Part shown: piece by piece, positions 18,917 to 27,311 of the stretch
How positions within the stretch are numbered: the stretch's first letter is position 1
Layout of the letters: the number at the start of each line of letters is the position of its first letter
Origin: Acidobacteriota bacterium
GTDB taxonomy: Bacteria; Acidobacteriota; Vicinamibacteria; Vicinamibacterales; 2-12-FULL-66-21
Length of the DNA: 64,000 nt
Assembly (NCBI GenBank): GCA_046726015.1
Contig: JBKOZS010000085.1
Coordinates: 9,953 to 73,952 of the forward strand
Reading direction: 5' to 3'
The notes under the pieces: generated by a model
Database searches by the model: none
What the model saw: the letters and a program-made list of their open reading frames with translations, nothing else
What the model was told of the DNA's origin: nothing
Translations under genes and position numbers: made by a program

Positions 18917-20034
18917 GCGTTTTTGGAGGACGGAATGCCGAGGTCCGAGGTCCGAGGGTCGAGGTCCGAGGTCCGAGCTTCGAGGTCCGGCGTCGGCATG
19001 GCCTGAGTTGTCTGCCTCGCGTTCACCTGTTTCCACATCGCCTCGAGGAGCGCGGGCAATCCGTCTCCCGTGGCCGCTGAAACAGCGTAGAGCGGAATGC
19101 CCTTCGTCCGCAAATGCTCCGTGAGCCGCCCGAGACGAGACGGGTCGTCGAGCGCATCGATCTTGTTCGCAGCGACAATCAATGGCTTGTCCTGAAGCCG
19201 TTCGCCCGAGCCGTCTCGTCCCGGGAACAACGCGAGCTCGCGCGAGATGATCTCGAAGTCGTCCACCGGATCGCGTCCTGATGCGGACGAGACATCCACG
19301 AGGTGAACGAGAATCTTGGTGCGTTCGAGATGGCTGAGGAAGCGATGTCCGAGTCCGCTGCCCTGGTGGGCCCCTTCAATAAGCCCCGGAACGTCCGCGA
19401 CCACGAACGTGCGATCGTCGCTGAGACTGACGACCCCAAGATTCGGCGCGAGCGTGGTGAACGGATAGTCGGCGATCTTTGGTTTCGCTGCGCTGATGCG
19501 CGAGATCAGCGTGGACTTGCCGGCGTTGGGATACCCGACGAGGCCGACATCGGCCAGGAGCTTCAGGTGGAGTCGAAGATCCTTTTCTTCACCTGGGAGT
19601 CCTGGCTCTACGCGCCGCGGCGCGCGATTGGTGGACGTCGCGAACGTAGCGTTGCCGCGGCCGCCCAGACCGCCCTTCGCGATCAGCACGCGCTCGTCCG
19701 GATGCGTGAGATCCGCGACCTGGACGAAGTCGTCCCCCTGTCGCTCGAAGACTGCCGTGCCGACCGGAACTTCGAGCGTGGTGTCGGCGCCGCTTCGCCC
19801 CGTCCTGTTCGAGCCTTCGCCGTGTGCGCCGCGGCCGGCCGCGAACTCTTTCTGAAAGCGGTAATTGAGGAGCGTATTGAGATTGGGATTGGCAACGAGA
19901 TAGACGTTGCCACCGGGTCCGCCGTCGCCGCCGTTGGGACCGCCGCGCGGGACGAACTTTTCGCGGCGGAAACTCATCGCGCCGCGGCCCCCGTGGCCCG
20001 CTGCGACGTGGATTTCGACCTCGTCAACAAACAT
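18913..20034 (-). CDS. obg: GTPase Obg/CgtA
   Basis: 'FVDEVEIHVAAGHGGRGAMSFRREKF...GGDGG', G1 'GYPNAGKSTL', 'DVPGLIEGA', 'AANKID'. Confidence 0.95.
   Translation of the reverse strand: MFVDEVEIHVAAGHGGRGAMSFRREKFVPRGGPNGGDGGPGGNVYLVANPNLNTLLNYRFQKEFAAGRGAHGEGSNRTGRSGADTTLEVPVGTAVFERQGDDFVQVADLTHPDERVLIAKGGLGGRGNATFATSTNRAPRRVEPGLPGEEKDLRLHLKLLADVGLVGYPNAGKSTLISRISAAKPKIADYPFTTLAPNLGVVSLSDDRTFVVADVPGLIEGAHQGSGLGHRFLSHLERTKILVHLVDVSSASGRDPVDDFEIISRELALFPGRDGSGERLQDKPLIVAANKIDALDDPSRLGRLTEHLRTKGIPLYAVSAATGDGLPALLEAMWKQVNARQTTQAMPTPDLEARTSDLDPRTSDLGIPSSKNA
18938..18990. repeat. 7.5 x heptamer tandem array (CCGAGGT) inside the obg 3' coding end
   Basis: ccgaggt ccgaggt ccgaggg tcgaggt ccgaggt ccgagct tcgaggt ccgg. 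Translated in obg as '...DLEARTSDLDPRTSDLG...'. Confidence 0.85.
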
Positions 20035-20043
20035 CTGCCGTCA

Positions 20044-20083
20044 GCAGTCCGCAGTCGGCAGTCAACGGCAGACTGCCAACTGC
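20044..20083. repeat. heptad-periodic hairpin (GCAGTCN units) between rpmA and obg
   Basis: gcagtcc gcagtcg gcagtc - aacggca - gactgccaactgc. Stem matches 12 of 13. No U-run follows on the transcribed strand. Confidence 0.7.
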
Positions 20084-20090
20084 CGGCGTG

Positions 20091-20351
20091 TTACGACTCG
20101 AGCGGATGAACGGAGATCACGCGGCCGCGTGCTCCGTGGTCGGTGAACTTCACACGACCGTCGATCTTTGCAAAGAGCGTATCGTCCTTGCCGAGGCCGA
20201 CGTTGAGGCCCGGACGGAACCGGCGGCCGCGCTGCCGCACGAGGATCGATCCACCCGTGACGATGTTGCCGTCGAACCGCTTGACGCCGAGCCGCTGCGA
20301 GTTGCTGTCGCGCCCGTTGCGGGAACTGCCCTGACCTTTTTTATGAGCCAT
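20091..20351 (-). CDS. rpmA: 50S ribosomal protein L27
   Basis: '[24 protein letters not shown]'. Start taken at this Met rather than the upstream listed start. Confidence 0.95.
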   Translation of the reverse strand: MAHKKGQGSSRNGRDSNSQRLGVKRFDGNIVTGGSILVRQRGRRFRPGLNVGLGKDDTLFAKIDGRVKFTDHGARGRVISVHPLES

Positions 20352-20380
20352 GATACTGACCTGTCCGGCTGAACCCGGAC

Positions 20381-20725
20381 TCACACCTGAATGTCTGTGA
20401 TGCGGACGCGCGTGAACATGCTCCGATGGCCCTTCGTCTGGCGCATCCCCTTGCGGCGCTTCTTCTTGAATACGCGGATCTTCGGGCCCCGCGACTCGCC
20501 GTCGACGACGCCGAGCACCTTGACTTCCGCCACGTAGGGCGACCCCGTGAGCACCTCGCCGCCGTCCTTTTCGAGGAACAGCACGCGGTCGATGCTGACT
20601 GTTGCGCCCGGCTGGGCCTCGAAGCGGTCCACTTCGATCACCGCGCCCGGGGTGACCTTCACCTGGCGGCCGCCGCTCTGGATGATTGCGAACACCTCTA
20701 CCGTCTCCTTGATGGGGGGAGGCAA
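20381..20725 (-). CDS. rplU: 50S ribosomal protein L21
   Basis: '[13 protein letters not shown]...', '[20 protein letters not shown]'. Confidence 0.9.
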   Translation of the reverse strand: MPPPIKETVEVFAIIQSGGRQVKVTPGAVIEVDRFEAQPGATVSIDRVLFLEKDGGEVLTGSPYVAEVKVLGVVDGESRGPKIRVFKKKRRKGMRQTKGHRSMFTRVRITDIQV

Positions 20726-20746
20726 AACTCTAGATTAGCAGGAAAT

Positions 20747-20841
20747 GGCTTAGGGCTCAAGACTTAGGGCTCAGGGCCTTCTTAGGGCCGCTTCGGCTCA
20801 CGCCATGAACGCCTTGAGCCCTAAGCCCTGAGTGCTGAGCC
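20747..20841. repeat. heptad-periodic hairpin repeat (GGCTTAG/GGCTCAG family)
   Basis: ggcttag ggctcaa gacttag ggctcag ggcc ... gccttgagccctaagccctgagtgctgagcc. The outer 15 nt are perfectly complementary. Confidence 0.75.
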
Positions 20842-20843
20842 GG

Positions 20844-21710
20844 TTACTTCAGCAGCACCCGCGTGCCGCGGATTTTCTGGGCACTTAGCGTGCTGAGGAA
20901 GCTCGGCATCAGGCGGTCCATCAGCTCGAAGTAGGACGAGAGTGCGGGCGTGTTCTGTTGCGCGTTGTAGAGCACTTCCTCGTGGAACTTCTCTGAATAC
21001 AGCGTCGCACCTGTGCGGCCGTCGATGAAGATGAACCGCGGCTCGAGAATGAACCCCTTGCGCTCCTGGTACGTGCGCACAGGGATCACGCTGCGGCGTC
21101 CGAACGAGTCGTAGACCTCGCGGTTCTGCGTCACGAAGCCGGCAGACTGGTGCGGCGTAAACAGCACCGTGCCGGTGACGATGAGAGGACTCTGATATTC
21201 CTCGCCGAGCTTTCGCCAGTACGCGGCGTCCGCAAAAATCTTGTCGTATTTCTGCAGGTCCTTGTCGTTCTTGATCTTTGGTTCCTTGGGATCCGCGGCC
21301 GATGGCGCGGCCGGCGCCGACGGCGTCGAGGGCTGGGCGGACGCGCCGCTGGGCAACTGCCCAACCGGCTGGATGCCGTCCGTCTGCGCGTTCGGTGCCG
21401 GGTGTTCGCGGTTCTGATTCTGTTCGACGGCGATCTCGGCGAGCGGCAGCACGTCGGCTTCAATCACGCGCAGCGGCGATTTCGTCCGCAACTGGCTGCG
21501 CAGCAGACGGACGGTCTCGAGGTTCGCATCCACATCGTCGCTGCCGCCGCTGATGAAGCCGGCCACCAGCACGCGCTGGAAGCCCGTCACGTCCATCTTC
21601 GGCTGGATCGGGGTTTCAATCGGAATCTCGTAGAACCCCGAGCACCCCGCGATCGCGATGGCGCAGAGGACGACGAGACTAGCGAGCGCGCCGGCGCTTC
21701 GTGCGGTCAT
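20844..21710 (-). CDS. hypothetical lipoprotein
   Basis: Start trimmed to 'MTARSAGALASLVVLCAIAIAGCSG' (lipobox). Contains a Pro/Ala/Ser-rich linker. No family recognised. Confidence 0.55.
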   Translation of the reverse strand: MTARSAGALASLVVLCAIAIAGCSGFYEIPIETPIQPKMDVTGFQRVLVAGFISGGSDDVDANLETVRLLRSQLRTKSPLRVIEADVLPLAEIAVEQNQNREHPAPNAQTDGIQPVGQLPSGASAQPSTPSAPAAPSAADPKEPKIKNDKDLQKYDKIFADAAYWRKLGEEYQSPLIVTGTVLFTPHQSAGFVTQNREVYDSFGRRSVIPVRTYQERKGFILEPRFIFIDGRTGATLYSEKFHEEVLYNAQQNTPALSSYFELMDRLMPSFLSTLSAQKIRGTRVLLK

Positions 21711-22032
21711 TGATTTCTTTGAAGAGATCGTAGTTCTGACGAATGAGGAGGTTCTTCGGGTCGAGCTGCAGCGCCTTTTCGTACGCCTGGTTCGCTTCCT
21801 CGAAACGCCCCTCGTGTTCGAACGCAATCGCCAGATTGTTCCATGCGGCCGCATACGTCGGATCGATCTGCACCGCCTTCTGCCAGCGGTAGAGTGCCTC
21901 GTTCCAGAGTCCGTTTTGCGCGACCTTGATACCGAACTCGACCTGCGTCTTCGCGTCCGAACGTCCGTTTGCGAGCGCGGCTGGAGCGAAGATCAGCAGA
22001 ACGAAAGTACACGCCAGAAGCTGTCGCGGCAT
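21679..22032 (-). CDS. TPR-repeat secreted protein
   Basis: Signal peptide 'MPRQLLACTFVLLIFAPAALA'. TPR-like 'AAAWNNLAIAFEHEGRFEEANQAYEKALQLDP'. Confidence 0.65.
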   Translation of the reverse strand: MPRQLLACTFVLLIFAPAALANGRSDAKTQVEFGIKVAQNGLWNEALYRWQKAVQIDPTYAAAWNNLAIAFEHEGRFEEANQAYEKALQLDPKNLLIRQNYDLFKEINDRTKRRRAR

Positions 22033-22054
22033 GGAATTGTGGCCCACTATACCA

Positions 22055-22069
22055 GCAATGCACGTACCA
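22055..22069 (-). promoter_or_regulatory. sigma-54-like element TGGTACG-N4-TTGC (minus strand)
   Basis: The reverse complement of gcaatgcacgtacca is TGGTACGTGCATTGC, with correct GG/GC spacing. Lies about 23 nt upstream of the TPR gene start. Confidence 0.25.
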
Positions 22070-22154
22070 CGCGCAACGCGTCGCCAACGCCCAAAAAACC
22101 GCGACAATCGCGCCGCATCAGGTAAAGAGTGGACGCACTACGTAAGGCTGGCGT

Positions 22155-22184
22155 TTGCGACTGGAGACAGCAGAGGCCTATAAT
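22155..22184 (+). promoter_or_regulatory. sigma-70-like promoter candidate (TTGCGA-N18-TATAAT)
   Basis: Perfect TATAAT at 22179-22184 and TTGCGA at 22155-22160, upstream of dprA. Confidence 0.45.
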
Positions 22185-22278
22185 AAGGACAGAGGGGTCG
22201 GGCCACCTGCAAGTGCGGGCGGCGCGGCCCCTTGGGCGTTTTGGCCCTTCCTGGCTGCGCGACCGCTGAAGAGCGCGC

Positions 22279-23343
22279 ATGGATCTTCGGTCCGCCGTAG
22301 CCCTCTCAACGCTTCCCGGCATCAGTCGTGCTCGTGCCGCCGCAGTTTTCAAGGAGCTGCGGGAGCATTCGGGCGGTTCTGTAACGCTCGAAGACGCGAT
22401 TTTTGTCTGCGCGCCGGATGCCGACGTCGGCTCCGTCGCGGACGAGGCGCGCCGATCCGCCGACGGTTTATTGGCGGCGGGCGCCGCGTCCGGGATCGAA
22501 GCGCTGCGACTCGACGACGACGCCTATCCGCCGCTGTTGCGGGCGATTCCGGATCCGCCGCCGGTGCTGTGGGCCAAGGGAAGTGTCGCGGCGCTCTCAC
22601 GACCCGCCGTGGCCATCGTGGGATCGCGTGCAGCGAGCTCATACGCGCTCGAAGTGGCGAGCCGGCTGGCGGGAGAACTCGCCGACCGCGGCCTCGCGGT
22701 CGTCAGCGGCCTGGCGCGTGGCGTCGACGGCGCCGCACATCGTGGCACTCTTGCGGCCGGAGGCACCACGATCGGGGTGCTTGGATCCGGCCTCGACAGG
22801 ATCTATCCACCGGAGCATGCGGATTTGGCCGTAAGTATCTGTAAAACCGGGGTCTTGGTGAGCGAGCTCGGGCCTGGTGCCCCGCCGTTGCCGGAGCACT
22901 TCCCGCTGCGCAACCGGCTCATCAGTGGGATCTCGCTGGCCGTTCTCGTCGTCGAAGCTTCGGAAAAGAGCGGGTCCCTGATCACCGCCCGGTATGCCCT
23001 GGAACAGGGGCGAGAGGTGATGGCGGTGCCTGGAAGCGTGCTCAGCGGCCGGAACCGCGGCTCGCATGCCCTTCTGAAGGACGGCGCAAAGGTCGTTGAA
23101 ACGGCGGACGATATTTTGGAAGGGCTGGGCTGGCCGGGGGTCGGCGTCCACGTGGCTGAGCGACGTAATTTACAGAAACCAGACCCTTTACTCGATCGGC
23201 TGGCGCGGGGGGAGACTTACGATCTCGACGCGCTGGCGACAATTTTCGCGCTTCCTGGACCTCGCCTGCTGGCCCGTATAACAGAATGGGAGATGCAGGG
23301 GCGGTTGGTGCGGACTCCCGGAGGGCGCTACGGTATTACATAG
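22279..23343 (+). CDS. dprA: DNA-processing protein DprA/Smf
   Basis: 'VGSRAASSYALEVA...VVSGLARGVDGAAHRG...IGVLGSGLDRIYPPEH...FPLRNRLISG'. Confidence 0.9.
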   Translation: MDLRSAVALSTLPGISRARAAAVFKELREHSGGSVTLEDAIFVCAPDADVGSVADEARRSADGLLAAGAASGIEALRLDDDAYPPLLRAIPDPPPVLWAKGSVAALSRPAVAIVGSRAASSYALEVASRLAGELADRGLAVVSGLARGVDGAAHRGTLAAGGTTIGVLGSGLDRIYPPEHADLAVSICKTGVLVSELGPGAPPLPEHFPLRNRLISGISLAVLVVEASEKSGSLITARYALEQGREVMAVPGSVLSGRNRGSHALLKDGAKVVETADDILEGLGWPGVGVHVAERRNLQKPDPLLDRLARGETYDLDALATIFALPGPRLLARITEWEMQGRLVRTPGGRYGIT

Positions 23344-23386
23344 GTGTAAGCCGGGTCGGTAGGCCTGGCGCCGGAAACGAAACGAT

Positions 23387-25843
23387 ATGGCAAAGTCACT
23401 CGTGGTGGTGGAATCGCCAGCCAAGGCGAAGACCATCAACAAGTATCTCGGTAAGGATTACAAGGTCGTGGCCTCGATGGGGCACGTCCGCGATCTGCCC
23501 AAGAGCAAACTCGGCGTGGACGTCGACGAAGGCTTCGAGCCCTCGTACGAGGTGATCGCCAGCCGCAAGAAAGTGCTCAAGGAGCTGAAGGACGAAGCCA
23601 AGAAGGCGAACGAGATTTTTGTCGCGACCGACCCCGATCGCGAGGGCGAAGCGATCGGCTGGCACCTCGCTGAGGAACTGGGCAGCGGCAACCGTAAGAA
23701 GATCCGCCGCCTGATGTTCAACGAGATCACGAAGCGGGGCGTGCTGTCGGCGCTCGAAAAGCCGACGAGCATCGACAAGAAGCTGGTCGATGCACAGCAG
23801 GCGCGACGCGTGCTGGATCGCCTGGTCGGCTACAAGATCAGCCCGCTGCTGTGGGACAAGGTGCGTCGCGGCTTGAGCGCTGGACGCGTGCAGTCAGTTG
23901 CACTGAAGCTTGTGTGCGATCGCGAGCGCGAGATCGAGGCGTTCGTGCCCGAAGAATACTGGAACCTCACCGCACGCCTCGCAGGTCCGGTACCGCCGGA
24001 ATTCGACGCAAAGCTGCTCAAGAAGAACGGCGCGAACTTCAAGATCACCAACGAGGCGGAATCAAATGCCGCCGTCGCCGATCTCAAGCAGGCGCGCTGG
24101 GTCGTCGAATCGGTGACGACGAAGGAGCGGAAGAAAGGGGCCGTTCCGCCGTTCATTACGAGCAAGCTGCAGCAGGCATCGCGCTTCCCGGTGAAGAAGA
24201 CGATGATGATCGCGCAGCAACTCTACGAAGGCGTCGAGTTGCCGGGCGAAGGATCCGTTGGTCTCATCACCTACATGCGAACCGACTCGACGCGCGTCGC
24301 CGATCAGGCGCTCACCGAGGTGCGCGAGTTCATCGGCGAGACGTACGGGCCGGACTTCATACCGGAGAAACCGAACTACTACCGAGCGAAGGCGGACGCG
24401 CAGGATGCACACGAAGCGATTCGGCCGACGTCGGCGCAGTACCCGCCCGACGCCGTGCGCGCGCATCTCACGCACGATCAGTACTACCTTTATAAGTTGA
24501 TCTGGAACCGTTTCGTGGCGTCGCAGATGCCACCTGCGACGTTCGATGAAACGACCGTCGACATCGCGGCGACGCCTTCCACGGGCTCGGAGCGGGATTC
24601 GTATCTTTTCAGAGTGAAAGGATCTGTTCCGAAGTTCGCCGGATGGATGGCGGTCTACAACCAGGAAGCGGCCGCGCCCGCGACGGATGAACGGACCGGA
24701 CCAGGGCCGGACGCCACGTCGGCGGAAGATGATGAAGCCGCGGGAATCCTGCCGCCGCTGGCACAGGGAGACCAGCTCGCGTTGCGCGAGCTGAAGCCGG
24801 AGCAGAAATTCACGCAGCCGCCACCGCGCTACAGCGAAGCAACGCTCGTCAAGGCGCTGGAAGAGAACGGGATCGGCCGTCCGAGCACGTACGCCTCGAT
24901 CATCACCGTCATCCAGGCGCGCGAGTACGTGAACAAGCTGGAAGGCCGCTTCAAGCCGACGATGCTCGGCCGGATGCTGGTCGAGAAGCTGCTCAGCCCG
25001 GTGTTCGACGACATCCTCGACGTCAATTACACGCGCGAGCTCGAAGAGGATCTCGACAAGATCGAGCAGGGAGCGTCCGACTACGAGTCGACGCTTTCGA
25101 GCTTCTACAAGAAGTTCCAGAAGGATCTCAAGCGCGCCGCCAAGGAGATGCTCAATCTCAAGGAGGGATACGAGCCGGATCCTCCGATCGCGTGCGACAA
25201 GTGCGGCAAGCCGATGGTGATCAAGGCCGGCAAGTTCGGCCTCTTCCTCGCGTGCAGCGGTTATCCCGAGTGCGAGAACACGCGCGAGCTCGAGACGCCG
25301 GAGGCCGGCGCCGAGGGAGAGATCGAAGAGGCTTGCGAGAATTGCGGCAAGCCGATGGTCGTCAAGCGTGGCCGCTTCGGACAGTTCCTCGCCTGCACTG
25401 GCTATCCCGAGTGCAAGACGACGAGGAAGATCATTACCACCAAGCAGGGCATGACCGCGGCGAAGCCGGATCAGATCCTCGAGGAGAAGTGCCCGAAGTG
25501 CGAGTCGAACCTCGTGCTGAAGCAGGGGCGCTTCGGCGAATTCACCGCGTGCAGCAACTATCCGACTTGCAAGTACGTGAAGCAGAAGTCCACGGGCGTG
25601 CTCTGCCCGAAGGACGGCGGAGACATCGTCGAGCGGAAGTCGCGGCGCGGCAAAGTCTTCTTTGGATGCGCGAACTATCCGGACTGCGACTTCACGCTGT
25701 GGAACCGTCCGGTTCCGGAGAAGTGCCCGGATTGTGGGGCGCCGTTCCTGGTGGAAAAGATCACGAAGCGGCACGGACGTCAGCTCATTTGCAACAACGA
25801 AGAATGCTCGTACGTGCGGTCGGAGGAGCTGACTCCGGCATAA
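23387..25843 (+). CDS. topA: DNA topoisomerase I with four C-terminal Zn ribbons
   Basis: Toprim 'LVVVESPAKAKTINKYLG'. Four repeats of the type 'C.KCG.PMV.K.GRFG.F.AC.GYPEC'. Confidence 0.97.
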   Translation: MAKSLVVVESPAKAKTINKYLGKDYKVVASMGHVRDLPKSKLGVDVDEGFEPSYEVIASRKKVLKELKDEAKKANEIFVATDPDREGEAIGWHLAEELGSGNRKKIRRLMFNEITKRGVLSALEKPTSIDKKLVDAQQARRVLDRLVGYKISPLLWDKVRRGLSAGRVQSVALKLVCDREREIEAFVPEEYWNLTARLAGPVPPEFDAKLLKKNGANFKITNEAESNAAVADLKQARWVVESVTTKERKKGAVPPFITSKLQQASRFPVKKTMMIAQQLYEGVELPGEGSVGLITYMRTDSTRVADQALTEVREFIGETYGPDFIPEKPNYYRAKADAQDAHEAIRPTSAQYPPDAVRAHLTHDQYYLYKLIWNRFVASQMPPATFDETTVDIAATPSTGSERDSYLFRVKGSVPKFAGWMAVYNQEAAAPATDERTGPGPDATSAEDDEAAGILPPLAQGDQLALRELKPEQKFTQPPPRYSEATLVKALEENGIGRPSTYASIITVIQAREYVNKLEGRFKPTMLGRMLVEKLLSPVFDDILDVNYTRELEEDLDKIEQGASDYESTLSSFYKKFQKDLKRAAKEMLNLKEGYEPDPPIACDKCGKPMVIKAGKFGLFLACSGYPECENTRELETPEAGAEGEIEEACENCGKPMVVKRGRFGQFLACTGYPECKTTRKIITTKQGMTAAKPDQILEEKCPKCESNLVLKQGRFGEFTACSNYPTCKYVKQKSTGVLCPKDGGDIVERKSRRGKVFFGCANYPDCDFTLWNRPVPEKCPDCGAPFLVEKITKRHGRQLICNNEECSYVRSEELTPA

Positions 25844-25850
25844 TAGAGTC

Positions 25851-27311
25851 GTGGCTCGTGTTCATATCGTCGGAGGCGGACTTGCCGGCAGCGAAGCTGC
25901 CTGGCAGGTCGCGTCGCGTGGCGTGCACGTCACGCTCTACGAGATGCGGCCTGTTCGCCCGACGGCCGTCCACAAGACGGATGGTCTTGCGGAGCTCGTC
26001 TGCAGTAATTCCTTCCGCGGCGACAAGCTCGATAACGCCGTCGGACTGCTGAAGGAAGAGATGCGGCGGCTCGGGTCGCTCGTCATGCGGGCGGCTGACG
26101 AGACACGCGTGCCTGCGGGCGCCGCGCTTGCCGTCGATCGCGAGCGTTTTTCATCGCACGTCACCGCGGCGATCGCGTCGCATCCATTGATCTCAATCCG
26201 CCGTGAAGAGATCACGCGAATCCCAACCAACGTCGACGGTCCCGTCATTCTCGCAACAGGTCCGCTGACGTCGGACGCCCTGTCTTCCGACATCGCGTCA
26301 CTTGTCGGCAGCGATCATCTCTACTTCTACGACGCGATCAGCCCCATCGTCCTCGCGGAATCAATCGATCGGTCGAAAGTCTTCCGCGCGTCCCGCTGGG
26401 GGCGGAGCCTCCGAAACGGGGACACCCACACTTCGCCCGGATCGAACAGCCAACATACAAAAAAAGGGGACAGCCCCCTTTTTTCGCAAAAAAAGGGGAC
26501 AGCCAACCCCGCCTGCGGCGTCGATGACGGCGAGGGAGACTATCTCAACTGCCCGTTCACGAAGGAGGAGTACGAGCGCTTCTACGACGCGCTCGTGGCG
26601 GCGGAGAAAGCGGCGCTCCACGAGTTCGATCAGGCGAAGTTCTTCGAGGGCTGCCTGCCGATCGAGGTGATGGCGTCGCGCGGCGTCGACACGCTCCGGT
26701 TTGGCCCCATGAAGCCCGTCGGCCTTCCCGATCCCCGAACCGGACGCGAGGCGTACGCCATCGTCCAGCTCCGCCAGGACAACATCGCGGGCGATCACTT
26801 CAGCCTCGTCGGCTTTCAAACGCAAATGAAATGGGGAGAGCAGGCGCGCGTGCTCCGGCTGATTCCCGGTCTCGAACAGGCGGAGTTCGTGCGCTTTGGC
26901 ATGATCCACCGCAACACGTACGTGAATTCCCCAACGGTACTGCGTGAAACCTGGCAGACCCGTGTCCGCGAGGATCTCTTCTTCGCCGGCCAGATGTCCG
27001 GCGTCGAGGGCTACGTGGAGTCCGCCGCGTCTGGTCTCATCGCCGGCCGGAATGCGGCGGCGCTGGTGCTCGGCGACCAGCCGTCAGCCCCACCGCGGAC
27101 GACCGCGATCGGGGCACTGGCCTATTACGCCTCACACGCGGATCCGAAACACTATGTGCCATCGAATATCGCGTTCGGCCTGCTGCCGCCGCTCGACAAG
27201 GCGCCGCGGAAGAAGCAGGACCGGAAGATCGCGGTCTCCGAGCGTGCGCTGAAGGATCTGGATCTGTGGTTAGAGAGCACCTCAAAGACTTTCTCGAACA
27301 CCTCCGTCTGA
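25851..27311 (+). CDS. trmFO: methylenetetrahydrofolate--tRNA-(uracil-5-)-methyltransferase TrmFO, with a ~42-aa internal insertion
   Basis: 'VHIVGGGLAGSEAAWQ', 'LVCSNSFR', 'DYLNCPFTKEEYERF', 'FFAGQMSGVEGYVESAASG'. Confidence 0.9.
   Translation: MARVHIVGGGLAGSEAAWQVASRGVHVTLYEMRPVRPTAVHKTDGLAELVCSNSFRGDKLDNAVGLLKEEMRRLGSLVMRAADETRVPAGAALAVDRERFSSHVTAAIASHPLISIRREEITRIPTNVDGPVILATGPLTSDALSSDIASLVGSDHLYFYDAISPIVLAESIDRSKVFRASRWGRSLRNGDTHTSPGSNSQHTKKGDSPLFSQKKGTANPACGVDDGEGDYLNCPFTKEEYERFYDALVAAEKAALHEFDQAKFFEGCLPIEVMASRGVDTLRFGPMKPVGLPDPRTGREAYAIVQLRQDNIAGDHFSLVGFQTQMKWGEQARVLRLIPGLEQAEFVRFGMIHRNTYVNSPTVLRETWQTRVREDLFFAGQMSGVEGYVESAASGLIAGRNAAALVLGDQPSAPPRTTAIGALAYYASHADPKHYVPSNIAFGLLPPLDKAPRKKQDRKIAVSERALKDLDLWLESTSKTFSNTSV
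26418..26506 (+). repeat. GGGGACAGCC-motif repeat element (core 26459-26506) inside the trmFO ORF, with an A7-GGGG-loop-CCCC-T6 hairpin
   Basis: The core aaaaaaaggggacagcccccttttttcgcaaaaaaaggggacagcc recurs, reverse-complemented, at 48243-48290 with 1 mismatch (43 of 44 nt). Confidence 0.8.

Noticed and set aside
24062-25774. 570-aa ORF antisense to topA
   Set aside because: Arg/Leu/Asp-rich shadow ORF typical of the antisense frame of GC-rich genes. It lies entirely inside a strongly supported topA reading frame and has no recognisable motifs.
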